A stretch of 64,000 nucleotides of DNA from an uncultured virus (IMG/VR IMGVR_UViG_3300035429_000180) (Duplodnaviria; Heunggongvirae; Uroviricota; Caudoviricetes): the IMG/VR virus record IMGVR_UViG_3300035429_000180; one strand, 5' to 3'. Positions 29,673 through 40,042 of this stretch are shown here, one piece after another. Every line of letters begins with the position of its first letter. The stretch's first letter is position 1. A model generated the notes under the pieces. That model was given only the letters and a program-made list of their open reading frames with translations, had not been told where the DNA came from and did not search any database. Position numbers and translations under genes: made by a program.

Positions 29673-32600
29673 TGAGTTCAATCCCAACAAAACAAATAGA
29701 TGGTGATGTTGCGGTAGGACGCAATGTCAACGTAGGCGGCAAAGCCTCTGTCCGTGGATCTGCCACTATCGACCATAACCTAAAAGTGAAAGGTTGGCTT
29801 GATGCCCCCAACATAAAAGGTCCGAATAAAGGACTATTCAAGACAGCGGTACTACTGCGTGAAGCATACCCCAACCCGCACGAAGGCTGGTGGGCGTTGG
29901 TTGGTGACACCCTGCCGGCGCAAGTCTATATGGGTATCGGCGGCACATGGGTTGCACAAACCAATGCCGACGGAACGCCCAAACTTGCGGGCAACCCCAC
30001 AGTTGACTCGTCGGAATATATGGAAGATGTTGAACGAATGACAGCCGACCTTGAAGCCGTTAAAGTCGATGTCAACCAAAACAAAGAAGATATCCGCAAC
30101 CTACGGTCCGGCCAGACCACACAAGGCAATCAAATAAATCTGCTGCAAACTGCCATAGAGAAGTCACAGTCTCAAGCTGATAAAGGTGTAACAGACGCGG
30201 CTAAAGCACAAGCTGGAGTAAACGCTATCACCAATAAGATCGGTGCAAACAATGGAATTGCACCACTTGATCCTTCTGGTCTTATCCCAACGCGCTATAT
30301 TCCTGGAGCGATGGATGATGTTAAAGAGTTTGCAAACATCATTGCATCAGCTCCTAATATTCTTGTGCAATCATACACAGGAGAAGGGTGTGTAGTATTC
30401 TGCTCGGCAACCAACAAATTCCTGTTTTCATCGGACACAGAGCCGGTTCAGTATTATAGCAACTGGCCTGAAGCCAACAGCTTTGGTGTAGAGACTATTG
30501 AGGGCCGTACTCCAGTCGCTGGTAAAATTTACGTTGACACAAGTACTAACAAACAGTATCGTTGGGGTGGTACGAAAATGGCAACAATAGGCTCTGATCT
30601 CGCTTTGGGTTATACACCCAATACAGCATTCCCCGGAGATGAGGGGGCACAAATTCAGAAAAATCTCACATCACTGACACAATCTGTAGAGAACAATACC
30701 AAGCATATTGAGTGTATAAGTATTTTGCCCTTTGATGGTATATGGAATGACTCAGAGAACGATCCGACATACGGGGTATGGATTGTAGCCAATAATGACG
30801 CCGGGATAATGTTTGAGAGCTATGGTTCTACAAATTTTTACGGTCTTGGTGAAGAAGCGTACAATGAGAGGGAAACCGGCACTTGGGCAAAGCGTGGTGT
30901 ATATCGTTGCAATAACAAGTTATACGAGGTTAACAGCACATGCACACAAATCATTTCGTTGACACAACTGAACAACGCCATTGACGAAGTTAAGAAACCT
31001 CGTACATTTATCAATGCCAATCAACTACTTGACTACACGGCCACATATACTATCGGCGAAGTTTCCAAACTTCTTGAATCGCAGTTTGGTAGAATATTCC
31101 ATATACCCGGAATAGTAATATCTTTCCGAGGCAAGAATGGATGGGAGAGCAAACAGTGGAATGGTGACGATGCTTTCACTGAAGACAGTGCATGGACCGA
31201 CTTTGGTGTGAACGGCAACAATATCGGCAACACCGTAAACGTAAACGACGTGTGCGGCGATACTGAATATACCCTCAGTACCGCGATCAAGGCCGTACAG
31301 GACAAAGAGATTGAGGGCGGCATCAAGTACTTCAAGAGCGGTGTTGTACTGACCTATAAGACCGCAGAAAAGGACAGCAAGGGCGCACCCGTATGGGAAG
31401 CCTATCAGTTCACCCGCGAAGTCGCAGACATCAATCCCGCCGACCTGAAGCCGTGGATACCTTTTGGCGGCGGTGGTAAGAGTGAAGTCGAAACCAAAGA
31501 TGACCCCGTTGCAGGCGGCAAGGATGCACTATCCACCGGGGGTGCATACAAGCACATCCCCATGAAGTATAGTGTAGTGCAAGAGGACGGCACTGTAACA
31601 ATACAGCCTATGAACGAGGCAGGGGAAGAAATCGGCGAATCCATAATTTTCTTCGCTTCTCAAGGTGGTGGCGGTGAAGTATCCGGCACAATCGTAAACA
31701 TCAAATTTCAGGAATCGCCGCTGTATGGTGCTGTCGGTAAAGACATCATCGGCCATGCCTGCATCCGTTCAGTAACGCAGTTAGGCTCGACCGAGCAGCT
31801 CAACTCTATCGTATCGTTGAAGCTCATCGACCGCGACACTAATGTGGTAATCCGCGAGTGGACGGTTAACACCCGCTCGTCTGACGAGGAAGAATACAAC
31901 TTTGACATTCCTTTCTCCGGCATGTTTGACGGCGCAGGGTCTCGTCGTTTCCGCCTTGAGGCTACCGACGACACCGATCACACCGGCTATCGTTTCATCA
32001 CAGTGACCGCCGTAGACGCAACAGTCGAGAGTACACAAGTGCTTAACTATACGTCAGACTATGTTATACCATATGGAAGTAATCGAGCCGTCAATGTACC
32101 TCTCTACAAATTTCCGCAGAACGTCAGCGAGAAAGGCATTCAGGCTTTTGTCGAAATTTGGTGGAATGGAGAATGGCGACCATTGACCGCCACACCGCCA
32201 ACCCACTTCGACGCATACAGCAGCAGTGCGCAGTTCAACCCTACCAACCTTTTCGGCGGCGGCGAGAAAATGCAGCACGGCGCATACCCTGTGCGCATAC
32301 ATGGCCGTGACGTTGCTTCGGGAGTAACCGGCAACACGATCTATACCGCTGTGATGTGTATCGATCCCAACAGCAGTGTGCCTGTCGTGGCTCTGCGCTA
32401 CAATGACACCGGCGACGGTACTGTGCGCCTCTATGACCGCGTGAGGGTCGAAGTCGCTGCATACAACCCCAATCCGCAGATGCTGACAACCAACGTCACC
32501 CTAAAAGCCGATGACCATGTACTTGGCCGTTACGAGCTTGGTGCAAACCAAATCGAGACAGCAGAAATGCAGGTATCAGGCTACCAGAGCGACGGCAGCG

Positions 32601-35600
32601 ACAAAATCAACATCAAGGCCGAAGCCTACGACGGCGACACCATACTTGCCACATCGGGAACCGTGAGCCTGACCGTAAGAGGCTCTGCAATCGACGCGGC
32701 ACTTATGGACGGCGCATTGTATCACTTCGACTTCTCAGGCCGTAGCAACTCCGAACCGTCGCACGAGATTGTAGACGGAGACTATCACATCGACGTACAC
32801 GGGGCGAATTGGAGCAGCAACGGCTTCGTGAACTATCTCGGCCAAAACGCACTGCGTATCGCGGAGAATGTCACGGCAGAGATAAATCATGCTCCTTTCT
32901 CGTCGCGCACGATTGAAGCAACCGGCATGGCCTATCAGGTAATGTTTGCGACCAACAACATCAAGGACGCAGAAGCAATGTTGTTGGATTGCGTCGACCC
33001 TGACAACGGCGCGGGCTTCTTCATCAAGGGCAACAAGGTGGGTCTTCAGTGCAAGACAGGCTCACCCGCACTCATCGAGCGACGCTTCCCCTGCGAAGAA
33101 ATGCACACAATGGCTATCGTTGTCGAGCCGTCGACAATCTCCATCAACCGTAACGGTACGGAGTGGGCCACCATGCGAATGTATCTCGATGGCGAACTCG
33201 TAGGAGCAATAGGATATAATCCAGGAGGCAGTCGTCTACTGAACACAAAGAATGTAATAATGGACGGCACCGACGGCGATCTGTACCTCTACTACATGTT
33301 AGCTTATCAAAGCTACTACGATTGGAGTCAAGCATTCCGCAACTACATCGTAAAACAGACCGATACCGACGCAATGATAGCCGAGTTCAACCGTGAGAAT
33401 GTACTTGTGTCTCAGAACGCTGAGGGTACGACCTCAATGCGTCCCAGCGCACCGCTTTTGTTCGCACAAGGTATGCCATACTGCATATTTGTTGCTGACG
33501 ATAGCGTACACAATCAGTTTGACTTCGGCAAAGGTGTGGACGACGACGGCACATCTACCTCGGACAAATTCAAAATGACTGTCTACTACTACCACCCGAC
33601 TATGCCGTGGCGGTCGTTCAAGGCTGTCAACTGTGAAATCCGCCGTCAGGGTACGACATCGGCCAAACGTCCGAAGAAAAACTACCGTATCTACATCAAG
33701 AAAGCAACCGAGGTTATCCCGCTATATCCCGACTACACCAACGCGGACGCGCTGACTACCTACGCGCTATTCGCAATGAAGAAAATCCGCGTTACCGAAA
33801 ACTCTATCCCCGTCGATGTAATCACAATCAAGGTCGACTACTCCAACTCAGGCGGTGCAAACGACTGTTCTGTGTGCGATATGGTTAATGCTACCTATCG
33901 CGCCCTCGGTGACGAATTCATGACACCGGCGCAGCGTTGCTTTGATGGCACTTGGGATAATGGTGACATACATCTCTCAGGCTTGCAGATGAACCATTCG
34001 ACCGCCAACCATCCTATTGCGGTGTTCCGCTCCAACAGCGACACCTTACAAAACGTGTGGTTTGAAGCTAAAGGCAATTGGAAAGAAGATAAGGGTGAAC
34101 AGGTTGCACTCGGATTCAAAGATGTCCCAGGTTACAACAAAGGTTGTCTCAATTTCCAAGACGAGGACTTTATGTGGATATGTGGCAATCCCGGAGAATC
34201 CCTTGATCAGATGGAAGCCCGCTTTAAAACAATGGAGGGACTTGACGCCGGTATGCCATATCTTCTATATCCCTATTGTAGCCGAAACTATCGCTTTATG
34301 CGCTATCAAGGCGGAGAGTGGAAGAATACCACAGGCTCATGGATATGGACAGGCCCGAAGACGCGCACTATCACGGGGGATGTGCTGAACCCCGTGGGCG
34401 GCTTTGAATTGTTAACATATGAGGGCTTCGATTGGTGGCAGGGAGTTTCTTCAATTGAGGATATGATGCGTCCGTCAAAGAATATAGCCAAGTGGGTCCA
34501 GAAGCTTATTGATAAATCAAGCTCCGGTGTTACCGGCGAAGAGTTTCCTGCATGGACGTATTATTTTGAGTGCATGGTTGACAATGACGAATTGCAGGCT
34601 GACTTGGCTATGGGTCGTATAGTCCCGTTTGAGCTTTACATTCAGCTTCGCTTGTGTGATTACTGCGACTATGCGAAATACTCAGAGGATTGGGTAGAGC
34701 GTTGGAGCGACAATGCCTACAAATTCCGCAACGTCCGAGCCGACATGGTGTATCTCGCCGACGCAGACTATCAAAACGAGTTTGACTCGTTGTCGAAGAA
34801 CCACCAGCCCATGCACTTCCTACTCGAAGGGCATAATGTTATCGGAGGCGTTTATGATCCCGACAAAGAGGGCGCGACATCGCCTGACGGCTTCAACTGC
34901 GACTTTGTGCTGACACGTCAGCCCGTAGTGCAGCAAGCCAACAAGAAGTACGACATCGACGGCGCATATATGTCCGACAACGACGGCGGCGACACCGGTC
35001 AGCCCGAAGCAGACCCGACGAAGCCGAGCGACGAGGCAACAGGCTATGTCAACCCGTGGGCCGGTTGGGGCGCAGTGCCTTGGCGCGGATACTTCGCTGC
35101 AAAGACTCTCAAGGTCGACGACAACGGCGGCGAGATAGAGTATCAAAAGACCGTGGCCGCAATGCGAGCCGTTCAGGTAACTCTGTCCGACGGCAGGACA
35201 ATCAATCCATTCTCGCCTGAGGGAGCAAAATACTACTTCATAGACCAACACTTGAAAAAGTGGGCAAAGGTAGTATCGAGCTACGACGGCATACGCAAGT
35301 ACATACAGTACACCGCCACATCGGACGCGTTGTATTTCTATGCCCTGCAAGGTCTCGGCCTCGCCGCTCTCGCTCAATTCATCGAGCAGCGTTGGCGTTT
35401 CCGCGACGGCTACTATAAGACCGGCGGCTTCTTCACAGGAGTATTGTCAGGCCGTATCGCTTGTGGCGACAACGCCGCAATCCGTATTGTAGCAGCCAAG
35501 AGCGGCTTCTTCGGCATGGGTAACGATTCGTCAGGCTCACTGTCGGCCGACGGCGCAGTCTATCTCGAAGAGGGAGAGGAGTACATCTTTACAAACTTTT

Positions 35601-38017
35601 CGCATCAGCAGGGCGCACTCCTGTATATCTATCAGGCAGACCGCATACGCGAGATAGAGTTTGTAGACGTGTCGCTATCGGACAACTTCGACTTCTCCGT
35701 GATGAAACTTGCAGAGAAGATAATCGTTGGTGGCGAAAGCTACAAGCAGTACAATATCGGCTACAATCCACTGACACAATTTGCATTGTCGGAGCTTCCG
35801 TTCTTGAAAGTGCTGGACATACGCAATACCCCTGCAACAAGTGTGGACGCTTCCAAGTGCCCACGAATGGAGCAACTGCTGGCCGGTGGCACACAGTTGA
35901 GTGAATTTCAAGTTGCAGAGACATCTCCTATATCGACGCTCGAACTTCCCGGCTCTGTAACACGCCTCGACCTCGTTAATCTGCCGTCGCTGACATATCC
36001 CGGTGGCCTGACTATCGAGAGCATGGCCAATGTAGGCCGCCTGATGCTTGACAACTGTCCGAATATCGACCCCATGACGTTGATCAAGGGCCTTGTCACA
36101 TCGTCGAATATCCGATATATCCGGCTACCAAATGTGAACATAATAGCACCATCTTCCATCCTTTCCGCTCTACAACGTAGCGGAGCAATAGGTCTCGATC
36201 CAACAGGAGCAGCCTATGAAGAAACGGGCCGTTGTTCTGGTCTCACAGGCCGTTGGATTATGGAGGATCTGATTGATGAGACAGTGCTTGACAGCTACAT
36301 ATCCTACTTCCCTCAGCTTACGATACACAACTCGCAGTATTCAATGGTTATGTATTCTGACCTTGAGAATGAATGTGAGAACATCAGTAATCTTGACAAT
36401 AGGACGGGCTATATTTTTGGCAACGACTATGTGGCAAGTGGGCACTTTGCCGCTCTGGAGAAGTTGAGCAAGCCATGTCGAGGTAACTTTGTAAACGGTG
36501 TAATGCACTGTGTTAAGCTCAGTAACGATGATTATAATTTCCTTGCCGACGGTACAGGAATAGACCTTACAGACAGTTCCGGTATGGGCTATGACTTCTT
36601 CAAGCTGATACCTGACAATTGGTATAAGGGGATTAATGACTTTAAGAACCAAGAAAAATATGGCTGTCGTTCGATCTGTAAAGACCGTCCAATTGCTACA
36701 TGGCAGAAAATCAACCGCCATTTCCTCCGCGACATATTAGTAGAATCTAATGCCGCTCTTATTGTTTCGGCTATGTCTCCGGGTGAGGTGCCTACAACGA
36801 CCCTGAACGCCAACATGAACGTGTATCAGATTGACGTGTGCGGCATGAAACAAGTGCGTTGGCCTGGCATTAACAATGAAGACCTCGGTTGTGTATTCAT
36901 TGATGCAGATGGCAAGATTATATCTATCTTTAAAATGGCCATAAGCAACCCGCAGTTTGACTTCATTGCCGGAGAGGACTATATTTTTACCAATGTACCG
37001 ACAGGAGCTGTCTCATTCTTATTCACAACCCAGAGTGGTTGTGACGAACAAGAAGCAATCGCCGTAGACAGTGCCGCGATTGAAGCCATAGAGCCAGATT
37101 GGGTATTTGTAAAGCGGAGTCTTGTAGGAATCTATGGTGTGAGCATTGACGCACTTGGCCGTCCTCGCTCCATATCAGGAGCAAAGGCACAAGTCGGCGA
37201 TGGACAAAGCATAAGTTCCACAGCTTGGACATACGATGCAGAGGGCAACGTAACCAATCTGAACGTACCAACAGGTATGCACCGCACTTATCTCGATTTT
37301 ATCAATCTGTGCGAAATGCGCGGTAAAGGCTTTCACGACATCAGCTATGAACAATCGAAGGACCTTGCGAATATAATCATGGAACTCACGGGCAACCGTG
37401 ATATACAGGCCATCTGTGGTCGTGGTTGTGGTGCTGGATACACTTGTGGCGCACAAACGATACAGGGTAAGAATATCAATGCCTGGGGCAACTGCACACT
37501 CAAAAACACAGCATCCGGTGTCGGTAACCTTATATTTGGTATTCAGAACTTCGTGGCGTGCAACTATGAGTGGTTGGCCCATGTGGCAGTGAATGTATTA
37601 TCGTTCAAAGATTGGAAAGCTCGTAAGTATCTGACAGACGATGGTTCTTATCCGCTTGACGCTCGTTGGCATATTTATAATATTCAGACCGATACGGAGC
37701 GAGTTGTTCAGGGTATCAACAATTCTGCACAAAGCGGCTATTGCATCGGTCGTGTTCGCTTCGGCCGCTTTATGGACTATGTGCCTGGAAAGGTAACGAG
37801 CGACAACTCGGTATGGAATAAGAACTATTCCGATGCAGCCTTCTATTCTAATGGTAGATGCCGTGTTGTTGGTCGTGCGAGCTACGGTGCGAATGCGTAT
37901 GGCGGTCTCGTTTATTCGTACGCGAACTACGTTTCTTCGACTTCGAGCACGAACAGCGGCGCGCGTCTCGCCTTCAGTGGTGATATAGTCTTTGACGATG
38001 AAAATGAATCAGCATAA
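29672..38017 (+). CDS. Large tail/receptor-binding protein; DGR target 1 (LamG-like, CotH-kinase-like, LRR, C-terminal C-type-lectin-like VR domain)
   Basis: 2781 aa; RQGTTS..PKKNY / IKVDY / DSLSKN / YDID CotH-like motifs; LRR-like 'LPFLKVLDIRNT..LTYP'; ends with VR ...GARLAF. Confidence 0.8.
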   Translation: MSSIPTKQIDGDVAVGRNVNVGGKASVRGSATIDHNLKVKGWLDAPNIKGPNKGLFKTAVLLREAYPNPHEGWWALVGDTLPAQVYMGIGGTWVAQTNADGTPKLAGNPTVDSSEYMEDVERMTADLEAVKVDVNQNKEDIRNLRSGQTTQGNQINLLQTAIEKSQSQADKGVTDAAKAQAGVNAITNKIGANNGIAPLDPSGLIPTRYIPGAMDDVKEFANIIASAPNILVQSYTGEGCVVFCSATNKFLFSSDTEPVQYYSNWPEANSFGVETIEGRTPVAGKIYVDTSTNKQYRWGGTKMATIGSDLALGYTPNTAFPGDEGAQIQKNLTSLTQSVENNTKHIECISILPFDGIWNDSENDPTYGVWIVANNDAGIMFESYGSTNFYGLGEEAYNERETGTWAKRGVYRCNNKLYEVNSTCTQIISLTQLNNAIDEVKKPRTFINANQLLDYTATYTIGEVSKLLESQFGRIFHIPGIVISFRGKNGWESKQWNGDDAFTEDSAWTDFGVNGNNIGNTVNVNDVCGDTEYTLSTAIKAVQDKEIEGGIKYFKSGVVLTYKTAEKDSKGAPVWEAYQFTREVADINPADLKPWIPFGGGGKSEVETKDDPVAGGKDALSTGGAYKHIPMKYSVVQEDGTVTIQPMNEAGEEIGESIIFFASQGGGGEVSGTIVNIKFQESPLYGAVGKDIIGHACIRSVTQLGSTEQLNSIVSLKLIDRDTNVVIREWTVNTRSSDEEEYNFDIPFSGMFDGAGSRRFRLEATDDTDHTGYRFITVTAVDATVESTQVLNYTSDYVIPYGSNRAVNVPLYKFPQNVSEKGIQAFVEIWWNGEWRPLTATPPTHFDAYSSSAQFNPTNLFGGGEKMQHGAYPVRIHGRDVASGVTGNTIYTAVMCIDPNSSVPVVALRYNDTGDGTVRLYDRVRVEVAAYNPNPQMLTTNVTLKADDHVLGRYELGANQIETAEMQVSGYQSDGSDKINIKAEAYDGDTILATSGTVSLTVRGSAIDAALMDGALYHFDFSGRSNSEPSHEIVDGDYHIDVHGANWSSNGFVNYLGQNALRIAENVTAEINHAPFSSRTIEATGMAYQVMFATNNIKDAEAMLLDCVDPDNGAGFFIKGNKVGLQCKTGSPALIERRFPCEEMHTMAIVVEPSTISINRNGTEWATMRMYLDGELVGAIGYNPGGSRLLNTKNVIMDGTDGDLYLYYMLAYQSYYDWSQAFRNYIVKQTDTDAMIAEFNRENVLVSQNAEGTTSMRPSAPLLFAQGMPYCIFVADDSVHNQFDFGKGVDDDGTSTSDKFKMTVYYYHPTMPWRSFKAVNCEIRRQGTTSAKRPKKNYRIYIKKATEVIPLYPDYTNADALTTYALFAMKKIRVTENSIPVDVITIKVDYSNSGGANDCSVCDMVNATYRALGDEFMTPAQRCFDGTWDNGDIHLSGLQMNHSTANHPIAVFRSNSDTLQNVWFEAKGNWKEDKGEQVALGFKDVPGYNKGCLNFQDEDFMWICGNPGESLDQMEARFKTMEGLDAGMPYLLYPYCSRNYRFMRYQGGEWKNTTGSWIWTGPKTRTITGDVLNPVGGFELLTYEGFDWWQGVSSIEDMMRPSKNIAKWVQKLIDKSSSGVTGEEFPAWTYYFECMVDNDELQADLAMGRIVPFELYIQLRLCDYCDYAKYSEDWVERWSDNAYKFRNVRADMVYLADADYQNEFDSLSKNHQPMHFLLEGHNVIGGVYDPDKEGATSPDGFNCDFVLTRQPVVQQANKKYDIDGAYMSDNDGGDTGQPEADPTKPSDEATGYVNPWAGWGAVPWRGYFAAKTLKVDDNGGEIEYQKTVAAMRAVQVTLSDGRTINPFSPEGAKYYFIDQHLKKWAKVVSSYDGIRKYIQYTATSDALYFYALQGLGLAALAQFIEQRWRFRDGYYKTGGFFTGVLSGRIACGDNAAIRIVAAKSGFFGMGNDSSGSLSADGAVYLEEGEEYIFTNFSHQQGALLYIYQADRIREIEFVDVSLSDNFDFSVMKLAEKIIVGGESYKQYNIGYNPLTQFALSELPFLKVLDIRNTPATSVDASKCPRMEQLLAGGTQLSEFQVAETSPISTLELPGSVTRLDLVNLPSLTYPGGLTIESMANVGRLMLDNCPNIDPMTLIKGLVTSSNIRYIRLPNVNIIAPSSILSALQRSGAIGLDPTGAAYEETGRCSGLTGRWIMEDLIDETVLDSYISYFPQLTIHNSQYSMVMYSDLENECENISNLDNRTGYIFGNDYVASGHFAALEKLSKPCRGNFVNGVMHCVKLSNDDYNFLADGTGIDLTDSSGMGYDFFKLIPDNWYKGINDFKNQEKYGCRSICKDRPIATWQKINRHFLRDILVESNAALIVSAMSPGEVPTTTLNANMNVYQIDVCGMKQVRWPGINNEDLGCVFIDADGKIISIFKMAISNPQFDFIAGEDYIFTNVPTGAVSFLFTTQSGCDEQEAIAVDSAAIEAIEPDWVFVKRSLVGIYGVSIDALGRPRSISGAKAQVGDGQSISSTAWTYDAEGNVTNLNVPTGMHRTYLDFINLCEMRGKGFHDISYEQSKDLANIIMELTGNRDIQAICGRGCGAGYTCGAQTIQGKNINAWGNCTLKNTASGVGNLIFGIQNFVACNYEWLAHVAVNVLSFKDWKARKYLTDDGSYPLDARWHIYNIQTDTERVVQGINNSAQSGYCIGRVRFGRFMDYVPGKVTSDNSVWNKNYSDAAFYSNGRCRVVGRASYGANAYGGLVYSYANYVSSTSSTNSGARLAFSGDIVFDDENESA
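37859..37969 (+). repeat. DGR variable region VR1
   Basis: 111-bp match to TR with 7 mismatches, all at TR adenines. Confidence 0.95.
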
Positions 38018-38024
38018 CTATTCC

Positions 38025-38049
38025 CCCCGGCCGCGTAAAGCGGTCGGGG
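38025..38049 (+). promoter_or_regulatory. GC-rich hairpin downstream of VR1 (DGR target-recognition hairpin candidate)
   Basis: CCCCGGCCGC-GTAAA-GCGGTCGGGG. Confidence 0.7.
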
Positions 38050-38131
38050 TCAATATCAGAGATAATTAATAGAAAGTTTAACGTAATACGTCTTGCGAAA
38101 GCGTAGACGAAAAAGGTAGAATGTCCCCCGA

Positions 38132-38242
38132 TGCCGTGTTGTTGGTCGTGCGAGCTACGGTACGAATGCGAATGGCGGTCTCGTTTATTCGAACGCGAAC
38201 AACGTTTCTTCGACTTCGAACACGAACAACGGCGCACGTCTC
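38132..38242 (+). ncRNA. DGR template repeat (TR)
   Basis: AAC/AAT-rich copy of both VRs directly upstream of the RT. Confidence 0.95.
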
Positions 38243-38262
38243 ACATTAAGCGCAAAATCAAA

Positions 38263-40035
38263 ATGCCCCTTTGGACTAATATAATCGCAGACCCTGCACA
38301 GCCCACGAGTTGGGCAAAACAATCTGCGAGGGACATGAGCCTCGGCAACCCTCTCTGTCTGGAAGAAAGCCGGAACATTACTGATGCGCCTGAAGGCCTT
38401 ATGAACGTAACCGAAATACCATACTTGACTGACATCACTCTGGGTAAACCCACCAAAGATGTATTTCCTATCGACAATATCATTGATGAAATTGCCGATC
38501 CTGCCAATATATCTGAGAGTTTCGATTATGTTATAAGCCATCTTGAAAGCAAACAACAAAGGAGACATATGTGGCCTAAAAAGGCCGAATACTGTAAGAA
38601 GCTTGAAGTAGAGCTAAAGAACGGTACGTTCAGGATTACACCTAAAGATATACGCGAGATAACGGTTAAAGACGGGCCGAAAGTCAGAGTGTGTCAATGT
38701 CCTTACATCTACCATCGTGTAGGCTGTCATGCCGTAATGGTTCCCGTTGAGCGACATCTGCACCCAACTCTGATCAAGAACACAGCGGCCAGTATAAAAG
38801 GCCGAGGTATGCACTGGCTTCATCAAATTATAGAAGAAGACTTGATCGCTGACACAGAGAATATGCAGCACTTTTATCAGTGTGATATTCTCGGTTTCTA
38901 TGACCACATCAGTCAACCACGTTTGAAAGGCACAGTGAGGCAGTATATCAGCGACACCCTTGTGCTGGATATGCTCGACAACTTCATCACGCTATTGCCC
39001 CGTGGATTGTCAAAGGGGCTGCGCTCGTCGCAGTGTCTCGCCAATCTTTTTCTTAGCGATGTAGATCATAAAATGTGCGCAAAAGTCAGTCTACACATAA
39101 TCGAGAGCGACGGAGATAATAATGTGGTTATTAAGGGTGATGGCAACATTGAAATCAAAGATACGGAGATACGCTTCCATTACTACCGCTATTGCGACGA
39201 TATAGTAATAATCGCCAAGACAAAAAAAGAGTTGTGGATGTTACGTGATTATCTAAAATCGTTGCTTGAAGAATTGGAGTTGACAATCAAGCCGAGCGAA
39301 GCTGTCAGGCCATTAACTGTCGGTATTGACTATTTAGGCTATAATACCTTCGTTGATGACAACAGGCAGGACCGTGTTGTGTACTCCCGTATCAGAAAGC
39401 GTACCAAACAAAAGTTTGCCAGACGAATAAAGGAAGTAAAATCACGTAAGCGCAGACAGTCGCTTATTGGTTCATTCTTCGGCATGGCCGCACATGCTGA
39501 TTGTCGTCATCTACTCAAGAAACTTATTACCCCTAACGAATACAAGAAATTAAAACACAAGAGAAAAGTGAAAGACTTCGGAGAATTAAAAATTGCATCA
39601 ACCACATTGGATGGCAAAAAGAATTTCAGAGGCTCAAAGATAAACCCTCGTGAATTAGACAAACAACCGTTTATACTCGTTGATTTCGAGCGCGAAGTAG
39701 TACCTCGCCGCGAGAAAGACGAATATCAGCGTCGTTTGCAGGACGCAGACTTGAAAGGATTAAGCCAGGAACTCGTTGAGAAACCCAAATCAAAGTATCT
39801 CTGTCAAATCATATATTGTGGCACACTTCGCAAGATGTGGACCGGTGATCGTGAGCTGTGGGGCATCCTTGATCAAATTGAAAAAGCGCATGAATTGCCA
39901 TGCTTCATGTCTCTTGAAATGGACTACTCAATGCAATATCCCAAAGCGAACTTCACATCAGCTACGAAATTTGGTCATACACCTCCAACCATTGAAGAAC
40001 TCGATTACCTTCTAAAACAATTCAATCTCAAATAA
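38263..40035 (+). CDS. DGR reverse transcriptase with C-terminal extension
   Basis: IKGRGMH, QCDILGFY, GLRSSQ.LANL, YYRYCDD, GIDYLGY; start uncertain (ATG 38263 or 38401). Confidence 0.92.
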   Translation: MPLWTNIIADPAQPTSWAKQSARDMSLGNPLCLEESRNITDAPEGLMNVTEIPYLTDITLGKPTKDVFPIDNIIDEIADPANISESFDYVISHLESKQQRRHMWPKKAEYCKKLEVELKNGTFRITPKDIREITVKDGPKVRVCQCPYIYHRVGCHAVMVPVERHLHPTLIKNTAASIKGRGMHWLHQIIEEDLIADTENMQHFYQCDILGFYDHISQPRLKGTVRQYISDTLVLDMLDNFITLLPRGLSKGLRSSQCLANLFLSDVDHKMCAKVSLHIIESDGDNNVVIKGDGNIEIKDTEIRFHYYRYCDDIVIIAKTKKELWMLRDYLKSLLEELELTIKPSEAVRPLTVGIDYLGYNTFVDDNRQDRVVYSRIRKRTKQKFARRIKEVKSRKRRQSLIGSFFGMAAHADCRHLLKKLITPNEYKKLKHKRKVKDFGELKIASTTLDGKKNFRGSKINPRELDKQPFILVDFEREVVPRREKDEYQRRLQDADLKGLSQELVEKPKSKYLCQIIYCGTLRKMWTGDRELWGILDQIEKAHELPCFMSLEMDYSMQYPKANFTSATKFGHTPPTIEELDYLLKQFNLK

Positions 40036-40042
40036 TATCGCT

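Larger units (their letters stand above)
37859..40035 (+). mobile_element. Diversity-generating retroelement core (VR1-hairpin-TR-RT); second target at 50535-51122
   Basis: TR/VR adenine-specific divergence plus adjacent RT. Confidence 0.95.

Noticed and set aside
38131..38262. ORF-track N-terminus MPCCWSCEL... as part of the RT
   Set aside because: It is the TR read out of frame; the same peptide appears as the spurious 50521..50724 ORF over VR2.
38263..40035. RT as group II intron, retron or Abi RT
   Set aside because: Adjacent TR with two adenine-specific VRs identifies a DGR; no intron domain V or maturase/endonuclease region seen.
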